From Raillietiella orientalis (lineage: Eukaryota), in the NCBI GenBank assembly GCA_036172245.1, contig JAYWIR010000001.1, positions 2,294,001 through 2,358,000 of the forward strand: a stretch of DNA of 64,000 bases, read 5' to 3'. The notes below the pieces were generated by a model. That model saw only the letters and a program-made list of their open reading frames with translations, searched no databases and was not told the DNA's origin. Shown here one piece after another: positions 1 through 12,113 of this stretch; positions within the stretch are counted from its first letter, which is position 1; the number at the start of each line of letters is the position of its first letter. Made by a program: the position numbers and the translations under genes.

Positions 1-1
1 C

Positions 2-49
2 CACATCTACCGGAGGTCCACCCTGGTGCTCACGTGCCGCGTCCACGAC
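2..49 (+). CDS. dpr: Dpr/ZIG-8-like IgSF cell-surface protein, partial exon (start of C-terminal Ig domain; gene begins upstream of window)
   Basis: Frame 2 reads HIYRRSTLVLTCRVHD (Ig strand B cysteine, matching Dpr 'GSTINLTC'). Canonical donor GTGAGT at 50-55, phase 0, in frame with the next exon. Confidence 0.8.
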
Positions 50-483
50 GTGAGTGCCGCACTGGGAGGGCGGGGGCGCGCGCCTGCGCATGCGGTTCTC
101 CACCTCGCCGAAGGAGGGAGCGGGAGAATGGGTGCTCCCGAAACTTGCGTGCCGCCACCTTCTGAAGCTGGTGCAACGAAGAGACTTCCTGGACTTTCCT
201 TTCTCCCGGGAGGAGTCCTTCCATTCCCTGGAGAGCAACTACCCGTCTCTCCCCCTTTTTCCGATCCCGGTCCTGGATTTCGTCAAGGCAACGACGCGAC
301 AGGCGTCCGGGAACTTCTTCCGTTCCCGTTCGTCGTCAGGCGGCGGGGTCCCTGCAATATCTTCAAGGGCTCCTCCCACTCTTTCTCGGGAGTGCAGCCG
401 CGCGTACGCGCGCATCCCTACCCCCAGGCGTTGCGGCGGGAGTGCCTCCCTAGTCAGTCCGCATCGGCGCTTCCCACCAACAG

Positions 484-697
484 GTGCTGCGCGCCATCTC
501 GCACGTTCAGTGGTTCCATGAGGCGACCCCGCTGCCAGCGGGGAAAGGGAAGGCGCTCGTGCACACCACGTCGCTGCCCTCCGGCTACGTGGTCAGCAAG
601 CTGTCCGTCCCGGACGCCGGGTTCGCAGACTCTGGCCGGTACACCTGCGTGGCCAACGGCATCCACCGGAGCGCCGTCAGCGTCTTCGTCAGCGAAG
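484..697 (+). CDS. dpr: Dpr/ZIG-8-like IgSF protein, exon encoding most of the Ig domain
   Basis: CAG acceptor at 481-483. Reads VLRAISHVQWFHE...SKLSVPDAGFADSGRYTCVANGIHRSAVSVFVSE, with the Ig W and DSGxYxC motifs. Donor GTGAGA at 698 (phase 1). GC3-rich codons. Confidence 0.88.
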
Positions 698-807
698 GTG
701 AGAGCCAGCAGGAAGATTTCCTCCTTCTCCTTCCCCTCCACCCCAACCATCCGGTGCTTCCCTCCCTCTTCCCCTTGTTTCCCCGTTCCTCCTTGTTTCC
801 TTTCCAG

Positions 808-899
808 GAAGCAACCCCGCTGCCATCCACGTGGCCACGTCCGGCAGCGCCAGGTGCCCTTCTCCTCCCTGGCCACCCTACAGCAGCTGGTGGATCTGA
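808..899 (+). CDS. dpr: Dpr/ZIG-8-like IgSF protein, probable last coding exon
   Basis: Long polypyrimidine tract plus TTTCCAG acceptor (801-807). The phase-1 join gives G-SNPAAIHVATSGSAR...SSWWI*, matching the Dpr post-Ig2 'GExPAAMQ/GDKxAAIQ' linker. TGA at 897-899. Confidence 0.72.
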
Positions 900-957
900 T
901 AGCGCCAGGCACACACATCCTTGCGGACTAACACGAAGGACGAGGGACTATTTTCTT

Positions 958-963
958 AATAAA
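958..963 (+). promoter_or_regulatory. Probable polyadenylation signal of the dpr-like gene
   Basis: AATAAA about 60 nt after the stop codon. Confidence 0.55.
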
Positions 964-1349
964 GTGTTCTGCCAAATGCGCGTGACCTCTGTCTCCCCCC
1001 TCGCACTCCCGGATCGAGAAGTTCCATCCGGACATCGCGGGAGCGGCGATCCACCCGACCTCACAGGAGGACAGTTCAAGCGGGAGGGGATTTGTCTGGG
1101 AAGCTGGCGAGGGAAAGAAAAGGTCGATTCCTCCGCGCGGAGATCTCCTTCAGAGATCATCCCTTCAATGGCGTCTTCCAGGTGCTCTTTCTCTCCTTGG
1201 TGGGAAGGTGCGTCGCAACGACTGGAGGCTGAGCATTCTCCGGGGGTCCGTTGCCAAAGACCGCTCACCTCCCCCTTGCGCGAGTGAGTGTCGAAGAGCG
1301 CTGCGGGGAAGGGAGGGGAAAGAAGACGGGAGGCTGGTGGAGACGCCTC

Positions 1350-1780
1350 TTGGGAGCTATTTGACACTGTTCCAGACAGTCCGGGGGCGTGCGTTGACTT
1401 TTCAGATAATGGGGGTCATCCCAAGAATTAGGAAGGACTCCGGAGGAGGAATTGGTTCCTCCCACTCTTGGGAGGGAATTCCCAAGGGAGAACCCTCGAC
1501 CTGATTGTTTCCGAAGGGAACCACCTCTTCCTCCTTCCCAGAGGGACCCCCGGTTTGTGGGGTTGCTCATTGCTTCTTCGGAGAGTCCCCTGTTCCTCCC
1601 TCTGGAAGGAACCTCGGAGGGAGGCAGCACACCTCTTCACACCGTGGAGAGCCATCGATCCACCGGCTCCACGGTGCGCAAAGGAGTATCGACTCCCAAA
1701 AGGCAGGGTGGCTCCGTTTCCACAGCCAAAAGGCAACCCCGAAGGGTCAACCTGCGAATCCTGGCGGCCAGCCAACGGGG
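1350..1780 (-). mobile_element. SINE family A, partial copy (central and 3' part)
   Basis: Shares the family motifs gttcctcccactcttgggaggg / cctgattgtttccgaagggaacc / cacaccgtggagagccatcgatccaccggctccacggt with the copies at 15.9 kb, 24.6 kb and 55.3 kb. Confidence 0.7.
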
Positions 1781-2139
1781 GCACCTGACGTCCAGCAGAG
1801 CCGCCGCACCCGAAGAGGCCGACTGGCGTCGTCCCGCCAGGAGGGACCGGAAACCCACGGCGCAGGCCTTGTTTCCCTGGCAACGTCACTAGGCAGGAAG
1901 GCGCGAGCTCCCTCCGTGCCTCTTGCAGAGGTCGGGTGGGCCACTTGGGGCTCCCGAAAGGAGGAGCGAGGAGGCAGCGAACCCTCTCTCTGATGCGACC
2001 TTCCCGACGAAAAGACGGGAATACCCTCGCGCGGCCTAGGCGGATCCCCGGAGCGCTGGAGGCGTCCTGACCCTGCGTCCCGACCTAATTGCTCCCACGG
2101 CTCACACGATGGAGGTGGCGGGAATAGCATCGCTCTGGG

Positions 2140-2372
2140 ATTGGAAGGGAACTCCTCGCGTTGCGGAGAGGTCCCCTTCCCGGAGGTTCCTATATTCTCT
2201 CCCAGTCTCCAGGCCTTTCCTCTGGATTCATAGGGTGGTCCCTTCCCTTATACCCAGGAGAGTCACCACTCACCCTCCGAACGGCGTGGACAGCGTTGAA
2301 AAGCTTTGCCAGCTCCCCCTAAGGAATTCTCCAGCACTTGGAGAATCAAAAAAAAAAAGGAAAAAAACTAAA
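2140..2372 (+). mobile_element. SINE family A, 3' fragment with A-rich tail
   Basis: ggattcatagggtggt...ggcgtggacagcgttgaaaagc...cagcacttggagaatc followed by an A tail; same tail as the copies ending at 34310 and 35963. Confidence 0.75.
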
Positions 2373-3399
2373 AGCGAGTTTTTCTCAGACCATAGGTTTT
2401 GGGTCATGGGAGTCGGCGCTGTTCTGGTAGGACGGGAAGAAGACGGTACGAGACGCGCGTTCTTTTTTCATCTGGCTTCCGGGATGTGTGATCAGTGACC
2501 AAGGTGGCTAGATTCCTCGCCTCTGGAAGTTACAGAGGTCTTCTTCTCTACTGCTGCTCTTCTACAAGGAATCCAGAAATATAGGATGCTGCATTTTTTT
2601 TAGTCACTTAGGTTCTACGCTTGTGTAGCCCGATAAAGACTCCCGGCAGTATCAGCGCGCGTAATCGCAGCATCACCTGGAGACGAGCAGCAGCCTCGTC
2701 GCCAAGAGGAGCAGGGGAGAGAAGAAAGTGAGGAGAAAAAAGGAGGATGAAAAAAAACGCTTTCTGCTTCGAAGAAAGCAGGCAGCACAAGGAGAGGCAC
2801 ACAATTTTTCAGGAGTCTCCGCGCATCAGCGAGAGAGGGTTTCGTTTCTTTCTTCCTTTTTCATCTTCCTCCCCAGTTCCCATAGTTGAAACCAGCAAGC
2901 GGCTGCTTCCCTTCTTCGGAAGGGCGAAGTTTCCAGCCACCCACGAAACCGAAGCTGATTGCTCGCTTCCTCCTTCACCTCGCAGCTCTTCTTGGCTCGC
3001 CTTGCCTTTGAAGATTCACGCGTCTTCCTCGCATCAAAGGATGGTGCAAAGCTCTTAAGAAAGTCTTAGCAATCAGATGCACTGAGATGTTTTGATGAGA
3101 AGTCGGTTTTCCATCATTCCGCCTCTCTGCGCAGCCGAGCGTGTGAGAGTTATAGGAGTTAAGGGAAGCTCTCCTAGGCAAAAGGTCATCCGAGAACCCA
3201 CAAGAGAGCTGTCAAAGAAAAATTTGTGACGCGTGACCTCGTCTGGAAGCATAGGATGCCAGGAGCAGTTGCAGGTTGCTTTTTTCCTCGTTTTCCGTGT
3301 AACTTCGGGTCGCTGTGCACCAGTTCACTCTTGCTTTGCTTTTGTGACCTCTACTTTCGCCTTCCTCTTTTCCTGAATTCCGCTAAGAACTCTTACGCG

Positions 3400-4700
3400 C
3401 GACTACTTTTCCCTCCCTGCAGTCACAGCTGGCGAGTTCAAACTCACAAGATGGGGCATTATGAAGCTTGAAAATGCTCTCCGATGATCAAAGCGGGCCA
3501 ATGGATGAAGAGGAGGAAAACGAGCTCTGCTCAACATATGGCAAATGGCGCAGTCCTGTGTATCCCTCAAGGATCATCTTCTCTCTTCGGAAATCTTTTT
3601 CTACAGGCAGAGCCGAGCAGATGCATGGAGGAGATTCAATTAAGATTTCCATACCATTGTATTTATTACCTAATGAATTTCATTCATAGGCATCTCCTGC
3701 CTCACGTGAGACGCGATTTCCTCTAAAGGGAATGGCATCCGTTAAAGGTGGCGCGGAAACGTTTCGGGAGAGCATCGAGAAAACCGGACGGATTTTCTTG
3801 TAGCCGGGACAGCACGTTTTCACCTAAGATTCCCCAAGTCTCTCGATCTTCGAATAAGTCTCTTCGGATCAAAGAAGCGACAGAGCGACAGAACCACGAA
3901 TGATGCACCAGCAGTCATTATTTTGCTTCTCGTTTGTTGCACTGCCGAAGACGAAGACAGCTTCATGTTCCCGGAAATGAGAACATGAGGTAAAGAGAAG
4001 ACATGCAGGACTAAATATGCTGTCACAGTTCATGAACCACATGTGCTGACGTAGTGCATTGACATTCCGTAATTCAGATCCTTGGCGACCGGAACCGTGG
4101 AAGTTTTCTGGCTGGATTTCTGACATTTGGAAAGAATGGAATTTGCCTCGTAGCACGCCTGCCTGCTTATCACGAAGACGAATATTTTGGCTGCTGACAG
4201 AGGGTGTTTGTTGAGACTCTTCCTGATCTGGTTACCTACATGCCCAGCAAGTCTGATACACATCGTGAGCGTGATCAAAGCGTCTCCTGTACAGAGATGA
4301 AGGCGACATGCAAACCACCAAGATGCATCAAGAACATTCCTACTAGTGAAACCGGAAATATTTCCACTTCTCGACAAAATGATCCCAAGCAACCGTGAAC
4401 CTAGAAGGAGACATCATTTGTGTCACTTCAGGATCACAGAGAGGTGGACTTCACTATCTCATGTGCTGACAAGAAAGAATGGTAGCGTAGCAGTTCACGT
4501 TGGGATATACCTTCCTGAGGAACAGCTTCTTAGTTCTTCTTTCTTCCCGGTTCAGCAAGTACATGGCATTCCCGGAAACCTCGAAAAAGACACCATTTCC
4601 ATCAGTTCACGATCACGGAGGGGGTACATCTGACATCGTGCTGAGAGGAAGAGAATGTTTTCGAAAAAAAAAGCACAACATCAGGAAATACCATTCGCAG
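3400..4700 (-). pseudogene. Degenerate NACHT-like (STAND) NTPase relic 1
   Basis: Motifs in NACHT order with plausible spacing across frameshifts: Walker A-like HVLAEPGRK (~4565-4535), Walker B-like LHLCTGDA (~4300-4275), sensor-1-like KIFVFVISRQ (~4190-4160), winged-helix-like FLLFIH..EHFQA (~3520-3470). Confidence 0.45.
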
Positions 4701-6640
4701 CTCTCGTTTTGCGGTTTGAGTGAAATGGGAGGAGTCTGTGTCTCTCTTGAGGAAAACTCTCTTGGATCTTCGGAGAGGCTCTTGCAAAGATCTGATTTGT
4801 CCAAGCCGATACCGCATCTTGCTGCATGAAAGCGAAGGAGAGGTTGTGACCACAGCATCCAAATATTTTACTTTCCAATTTTGGAACTTCTGGGGAGTCT
4901 ACAGGTCGACAGGACACACCAAGGTTGCTGAGAAGCAGAATGATTGAAAGAACACAAATCTTAACACGGTGGGGACTTTGTGTTGGGACATTGGCAATGC
5001 CGAGTGGACTCAGACGAGGGAATTGGAAAGTTTTACGGTGCGAAAGTTCCAGGAAGAAATCCGTCGTAAATCTGCGGGGAAAAGGTGCCTCGATGCCGTG
5101 ATGAGATTTCAGGGTCATAAACTTCTTGAGGTAGCTCAATGTGCGCAGTTTGAGAACTGCGGAAATGGAAGACACTCTGCATTCGCTTTATCAGCATTCC
5201 TCATCGACTGTGCCCTCCTCTTTCAGGACCTGTCGGGATCTAAAAGTCATCGTATTTTTTTCTCCAAAATCCAAGAGCGATGATCATTAATCGATAATCA
5301 TTAATTCATCTGTCGATGGTTCATCACGAAGGTAAAACTTTCCAGATGTCCCTGGAAACGAACTTTAAGCGCGATGCGTCAAAACGACAAATCTCTGAGA
5401 GGAAAATCGATAATCGCAAATGAAAATTCCTCCGTTGAAAATGTGTGCTTTTTTGTTGACCTCGGAAATGGAAGTGGTATCTGTGCAGGCCAGAACTGAC
5501 CTGTTTCGCATGCTGCATGCTTTCTGACTCAGAAATACAAGTTCGCATGCCGTATATACGAAGAGTGCCTCCCTTTTTCCGAGTCTCAGAAGCCAGGAGT
5601 CAGTCAAATAGGGTCATTCTCCGAAAAGCAGCGTCTGCCTCCCGCGTTTGCTCCCTCGTTTGCAAGCGAGCCACGGCAGCTGGGGAGACCCCGGTGTGAA
5701 TTCCCAGAACAGGAATGGCACCGTTTTGGGTTTCCGTCTGTGATTACGGATCCAGGTCCCTGACCATTCGCTGAGTGTAATCGAAAAGAGTGCGAAGAAC
5801 CCGAGGGATCTCGGGAGGTGAAGCCGAACGAAAGCACGGTGTGAATCAGGGAGATACTGCTGCTGCTGTTGCCGCGGCCAATCAGCAGGAATCCGAAAAG
5901 GCTTGTTCTCATCTGCTCCGTTCGATCGTGCATGCTATGCGGACTTTCCGGCTTACTCATTGGCAGGTATAGCAGCTTTCCAAATCTGTCCTTCCGTATC
6001 GGATCGTGGTCTTCTCCTAAGCTCCGCTCCACGAAGAGCTTTGGTGAGTTAGTCGTGTCCGCGAAACTCACGTGAAGGTGGCGGATAAGTTGGCCGGTGA
6101 CCATCGGAGGCACCGTGGAAGAATCTCTGGTCACACGTTGGGGCACCACAGGCCGCAAAGATGCTCTCAGCTCTTGGAAACGCAAGCCTCCGAGAGCACC
6201 AGAAGCGGCACTTATCATTGGACACCTCAGCATAAAAATGTTACATACATAATTTATTTATTATAAAACCATATTAATTTTATACCTTATTTTGAATATA
6301 TTATTCATAATAAATCTAAAAAGTGAATTAAAGCATTCTTTGATTTATATTAAACCCATCCGGTTCGCTTTCCATACTCTCTCTCATCTGATCTTTGAGC
6401 GGAAGAAAGATAGGAAAACGGTGAAACCTGAAGGCAAGGAAACACAATATGACCTGATTTGTCGAGGAATAACGAAGGGCTTGTCTGAGCTGACTTTTTT
6501 TCGAAGGCTTCTCAAATTACGACAAAGAACAAGAAGAGGTAACAGAAACGTGGTAGAAACCATGTTGTCGATGCTTCTTCGTGACGCAGCACTTTCGGGT
6601 CTTGATTCATCTCATTATTAGTAATTATTAGACTGATACT

Positions 6641-6900
6641 CTGAGATATCTTCCAGATTCCGCTGCAGCAAGACTTGCAATGCGACGTTTCTGTGACCTT
6701 GGAAGTTACAATCTTTCCGGAGTGGCTGCGCTGGGGCGAGCTTGTTCGACCAGTGCCAATGATGGTGACGAGGATGCAAGAAATTTCTCTGTGAGGTGCA
6801 GTTCTATGGAGAGAGTTTATAGAGATGAGGGCATAGAGAGAGAGAGAGAAGAAAAACCCATCAAGCTGGCGAGCAAGAAATGGAACACAAGGGAACTTGA
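6641..6900. repeat. Diverged ~260-bp direct repeat, copy 1 (partner 8479-8731)
   Basis: Shares gaccttggaagttac...ggatgcaagaaatttctctgtgag...ctatggagagagttta...ggcgagcaagaaat with copy 2. On the minus strand it resembles an intron end (pyrimidine tract, CATAG acceptor) followed by an exon. Confidence 0.85.
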
Positions 6901-8166
6901 AACGCTACTAAAAGTTCTTTGGCTTCTGTCAAGGGTCTCCAGAAAGAGGAAAATCCGTTCGCTCTTGGATCCGGCTTTGTATTGATGGCTCCCCACTCGA
7001 AGAGATGCTTCCCCTCCTCGTGTACGTGAGCTCCACCTATCAAAGCATCATTTTCTTTGTCCTTTTTTTTAATCTCAGCAAGCAATAATACAATCATCCT
7101 GCGTCTGTCCCAGCAGCAGCTACGGAAAGATCTCATATCTGCCACTCGCCTCCTTTCTTTTGGGAACTTTACAGTTGCTGCTAGTCTCTGAAACTTATTT
7201 TCGCCTCAAGAATGCGTCCTCAGATGGTGAAGAAAATAAGCGGAAGATTTTATGACACAGCGAGTAAAAGTGTCTACTCCAGTGGATGAAAAGAAATGAA
7301 GCTGGAGTCTTGAATCGCAGCTGATACAATGCATCGCATCCCAGGTTCATGCGGAGGCGCCGACTGCATGAGCGCGGGATGAAATAACGATTGTCTGCCG
7401 CAGACATACAAAACAACAAGATTTCCTCCCAGAAGAACAAAGGAGCATCCGAAGAGGGCCTGATTATCGAAATCTCCGTCGAGCTATCCTTTCGTTCTCG
7501 GCTTTGATTTAAGATCAAGATGTTTTTTGGGAGGAGGGGCGGATGCGAATTTCGGAAAACGGACAAAAATTGCTAGTGCCACGATCATAAACAAGGAAAC
7601 CGTCAAACCATTGGAATCAGTCATGACGCTCATCACCAGGAAGAATTGGGAGAGTGCCGTGGGATGCCGTTGCTACGGGTTGCGAGCAAACAAATAGCCT
7701 GAGAGGACGGTGGGACCAGAGAATTCATCTAATGGTTCCTTTACGAGAAGATGTTCATTTCGAGCAAGAATATTACCGTTTCTGATAAGACGCATGGATC
7801 AGGGATTTTGTTCCTTGGGAGTGCTCGATCAAAGGGATTAAAACGCGGAAAGCGAAATTCTACGTCTTGAGGGAATTGGGCTTGGAGAAGACAGAAAGTA
7901 ATGGTTCTCCGGCTTCTGGAAGAGAAGCAGGCAGGGATGAAAACGCAGTTAATTTTCAGGTTCTCTTTCCTTGCACTGCTGAATGTGAGAACTGGCCGAC
8001 TGACTCCACAAGGAGGCAGCTGCCTTTATCAGGGGTCGCTGAGGATGAAGCGTGAAAACGCAGACACCTAATTTGAGCTCTGCGGCGTTTTTCCTGAATC
8101 CTAAGGCGACAGCGGCAGCGGCCGGCGAGGGATGGAACTGATGGACAAGAATGGAATGGTTGTCTC

Positions 8167-8188
8167 AGAGAGAGAGAGAGAGAGAGAG
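8167..8188. repeat. (AG)n microsatellite
   Basis: Run of about 11 AG units. Confidence 0.9.
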
Positions 8189-8399
8189 GAAAAATCCTCT
8201 CACGTCCTGGATGGGAGAACTCGAAAAGGCAATCGCGGGAAGTTCGAATGGGGGGAGCAAACTCTGGAACGGGATAAAGACAGCAGCATCCAAAGGCGTG
8301 AGGCTGATGCCTCTCCAGCTTGCATCTAGGCCAAAACTACAGACACACAAGGCAGAATAGCGATGACTGCCTCTTCCACCCTGTGGACCAGTTCCCTTC

Positions 8400-9140
8400 T
8401 CCGAGCCATTCCTTTCGATCATGGCAGCGCCAATCAGGCAGATCTCTTGCGTGATGGATTTCCTCTTAAGCTGATCCTTTGAGATGCCTTCCAGATTTCC
8501 CCTTAGCAGGACGAGTAATGTGGCATTTCTTTGACCTTGGAAGTTACGATCTCTCCGGAGAGGGTGCACTGGAGCGAGCTGCTTCGAGCAGTGCCAGTCA
8601 CGGTGACGGGGATGCAAGAAATTTCTCTGTGAGATGCAGTCTATGGAGAGAGTTTAAAGAGACGAGAACACAGAGAGAAAGTGGAAAAAACTGCCATGCC
8701 GGCGAGCAAGAAATGAAACAAAGGAAGCTGACAGCTGCTGCAGAATTCTGTATGCATCCTCTTGCTTGCTTTCTGTCCCCTAAGACAATGGTACTGTCTT
8801 CCAGTAAGAGGACTGTCCCCTGACAGTTAGTCCACTCTTCATTCGCGACGAGCCGTTCTTCGTTCATCTCACTTGCCTCGATGGATCGCTTCCGCGGAAC
8901 ACTCTTTGGCGCCACGACCTTGGGGACGTCTGAGGAAAGGCGGCCCAGCTCGTGCTTCGGCATCGCTCCGAGAGCTGAGAAAAAGGGACTCCAAGAATCG
9001 GGAAGGCGCTCCAGAAGACTCTCAAATTTCGAAGTTTTGCTTCCCTGAGAACCTTGGAACAGAATCCTGGCACACGCTGCCAGGGTAGGCCCGAATTTTG
9101 AGCTCGGGCTGGTCGATGAACTCAAGTTGCGCTTCTTCTG
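8400..9140 (-). pseudogene. Possible Rel-homology (NFAT/NF-kB-like) domain relic
   Basis: Minus strand 9135-9070 reads AQLEFIDQPELKIRAYPGS, resembling the RHD start LxIxxQPExxHRARYxTEGS. The duplicated exon-like block follows downstream. Weak similarity only. Confidence 0.25.
8479..8731. repeat. Diverged ~260-bp direct repeat, copy 2 (partner 6641-6900)
   Basis: Colinear with 6641-6900, with scattered substitutions and small indels. Confidence 0.85.
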
Positions 9141-11329
9141 TGGATGGGGATGGTGCTTGTTTTGAACTGCTGATCCGACTTAAGCTGCTCACTGGAGCAA
9201 CAGGAAAAGAGAGTTGCTCTCATCTTTGTTCACTGCTCCCTGTGGACTTGCCCCAGATCCTACAACCGCTCTCTAATTCTTGCTCCTCTTGGAAGCAGGA
9301 AACTCCAGAGTTTGCGTTCCTGCTTAGCGTCTTCCAGAATTCATTATCCTCCAAGGTTCCTCAGTTTCTTCTAGACTTCTTCATTTTAATGTTCACGATG
9401 CGCCTGATTCTCTTTAATTAATCCCAGTAAAAATTAAGCCCGAATGATGTTCCTTAAGTCTCGAATAGGCGTTGCATGCCTTTCAGATATGTCCCTGCCA
9501 CGAGGAGTCTATCCGAATGATGCAAAACCATAATCATCTGCTATTAGGCACCCTTCGAATTCGGGACTCGTTAGCAAATACCGAGGGGAGCGCCAAAGGC
9601 TTTCCCGAAGAAGGGATTCTGCTTTCTGATTCCGCTCGCAGACGATCATAAATATTGCCAAGTTCAAGAAGATCCTGGAAGGCTGTTCCGCGCAGGACTA
9701 GGAAACGGATCGAATGTCGAAACGGACGCCACAAGCCAAGTCGGGGAGGCCACAGCAACACTGATGAACACACCTCAAGAGCTCCTATGAGCTGCAGCCA
9801 ACCTTATCATGCGTTCAAATAAGTTATACAATAATGCTAAGCATAAAATAATAATAATATGCATGTGTAATAACATTATCGACTTGTAGTGGACACTGGC
9901 GATATTTGCACTACCACTACTTCATTTCAATAGGATAAACTTAAGTAATAATATTCTCATAATGTTATTATGGTGTTATAATTGTAGCAGTTGTACTGTT
10001 CTGAGAATTATCGATCACCATAGTTGCCTATGTCTTTTAATCAGTGTTAGCTTTCGTGTTTCCTCGCCCTGGATGTCTTTTTTGATTTTCCCTTTGGAAC
10101 ACCCATGGGTATTCTTCTGCAATGCTACTTCGGCCGTCGAAAAAATCCACATGGAATTCCACTTAAATCGTGTCACTGACGAGGCGCGTTCGGTTCCCAA
10201 ATTCCATGGCCGGGTCCTCGCGAGACCCAGAGGCCCCTTCACTCCCTTCCCAGGCGTTCCTTTGTCCCTCAGGTGTGTTTTCACCTCTCAGCTGTCCAGA
10301 AATGGAATCGGGATTCCGAAAATCCTGAAATCGAAATTGATGACCTCCAGATGCACCCAGGAGTTGCTTCGCGAAAATCCCTTCAGATAAGAACTACTGA
10401 AACTGCTACTTTCTGACGGTCCATTTCCTATTTACATCGTTTGGGGAGAACAAGCGGAGTTTCGAATGATCCGTGAGAAGGTCACTGCACAACGATTAAG
10501 CTCTTATCAGCACTGTGTATACCCATCAGAGGGGATAAGGGAAATATAGGGCTGCTCCAGTACCTTCCCACTTCAGCAGTGAGAAAAGTTTTCAACAGAC
10601 GTGCTTGAGAGTCATTACGCGGATTCCACACCCGTCGTAAGATCATTTCATTCCCTTCGGCTGGAGATTGTCCACACAAAAAGTCATCCGTGCAACCACC
10701 CTTCTTTTTTTTTTTGGGTAAGGAAACAGCTGGTGTCTCAAAGAAATGGTTCCGTTCCTTCAAGCCGTAGAGACAACCTTGCCATCACATATTAAGCATA
10801 TTTACTCCTACTGAGAATAGGACCGGAACAACCGTTTCACCGTGCCTACAGGGGCGAGAGTCGGGCAAACTCGGGTTTCCCGGTTGTAATCATCGAGGTC
10901 TGTGGGCCACTCCAGGCACTGAGCAGGGACGTCAGCTAACGAAACTGCCTTATTTTTAAGAATGTACGGGCAAACACACTCCTACCTATTGCGTGAACGG
11001 AAGGATTACAAAAAATAAATCTTTTTGATCTCTACCCTCTTTATGTCCTGTCCATCTCTTTATTTTCCGCCCGCATGAAATTGTGGTGCCGTCTTGAAAA
11101 AGGTCTTCCACCCATATCCACATCGGTCGGTTTGGTCTCTCCTTGGACTTCGTGAATGCCCTAGGCTTTTTCTTCATCAGGCAGGATTCTTCCAGCCAAT
11201 GAATCTAGTCTGCATGGCGGCTAGATTGGATGTAAATGCGAGCACGAAGGCGTCAAAACGTAGCCCCGGGATATCCGGTTTTCGCATCGCCTCTATTTGG
11301 GGGACCCCAAAATACCCTGTGACTTCTGA

Positions 11330-12113
11330 AGCGGTCCCAGTCGAGCACGTTGGCCCTCCAAGGAAGTTCTTTTGCTCTGGGACGAGCTACTAGGTGTTCC
11401 TGAGGGAGGCCTGCAGTGACACCCAATGCCTCCGAACAGACTCCCATTAAAGTGGTAGGAGTCGGCGCAGCTGATGCTGCGCTGGGACCTCCCATGAAAC
11501 GCCCGCCGGCGTCGCTGGACACGGGGTATGTGTTAACCCGAACTGTGGCAGGTGTGAGAAGCGCGAATCGCTCCTCCACCTGCTAGTGGACTGCGTTGTC
11601 CTCCGACCCCTCTTTGGACGCTTCGCCGCGACCTTAGGAACCTCCGGAGGCAACCCCAAGGAGGCTCTGAAATCCTTTCTCGTTCGCGACACACTTTGCC
11701 TGGCAGCCTTGCCTGCAGGTCTCTGCTGCCTATCAGGGATCGCCGCTGCCTAGAGCGACGCAAGAGGAGGACGCAGTGAGGGGGATACCATTCACTTTGC
11801 CGTCCGATTCATTAGGATGGCAACGAGATGACCCCACCTGAAGGGCTGCATGCAGCAAGAGCCTACCGGCATCCTCGAAAGGATGCAGAGGACCGTTCTC
11901 AGCAGAACGTGACCTCTTCTCGTCCCCCACCCCAAGTTTGTTTATGTATTTGTTTGCTTTGTTTTTGTTTGCACCTCCCCTTCGCTGCCGTAGCGGATCT
12001 CACCGGCGACTTGGCAGGTTCCCGTTGAATTGCAAGTGGTTCCACAACCGATCCAACCACAGAGACTGTGCTTTTTCATATGAAGTAATCTCCCTAGCAC
12101 AATTGGGTGAGAA
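11330..12113 (+). mobile_element. L1/Tx1-like LINE family 1, 5'-truncated 3' fragment
   Basis: Degenerate C-terminal zinc knuckle (CGRCEKRESLLHLLVDCVVLRP), T-rich 3' UTR and a degenerate terminal hairpin homologous to the other copies. Confidence 0.8.

Noticed and set aside
26..1287. Long ORFs 26..931 and 484..1287 as complete genes
   Set aside because: They are read-through of GC-rich introns and UTR. Only the spliced Ig exons carry protein signal.
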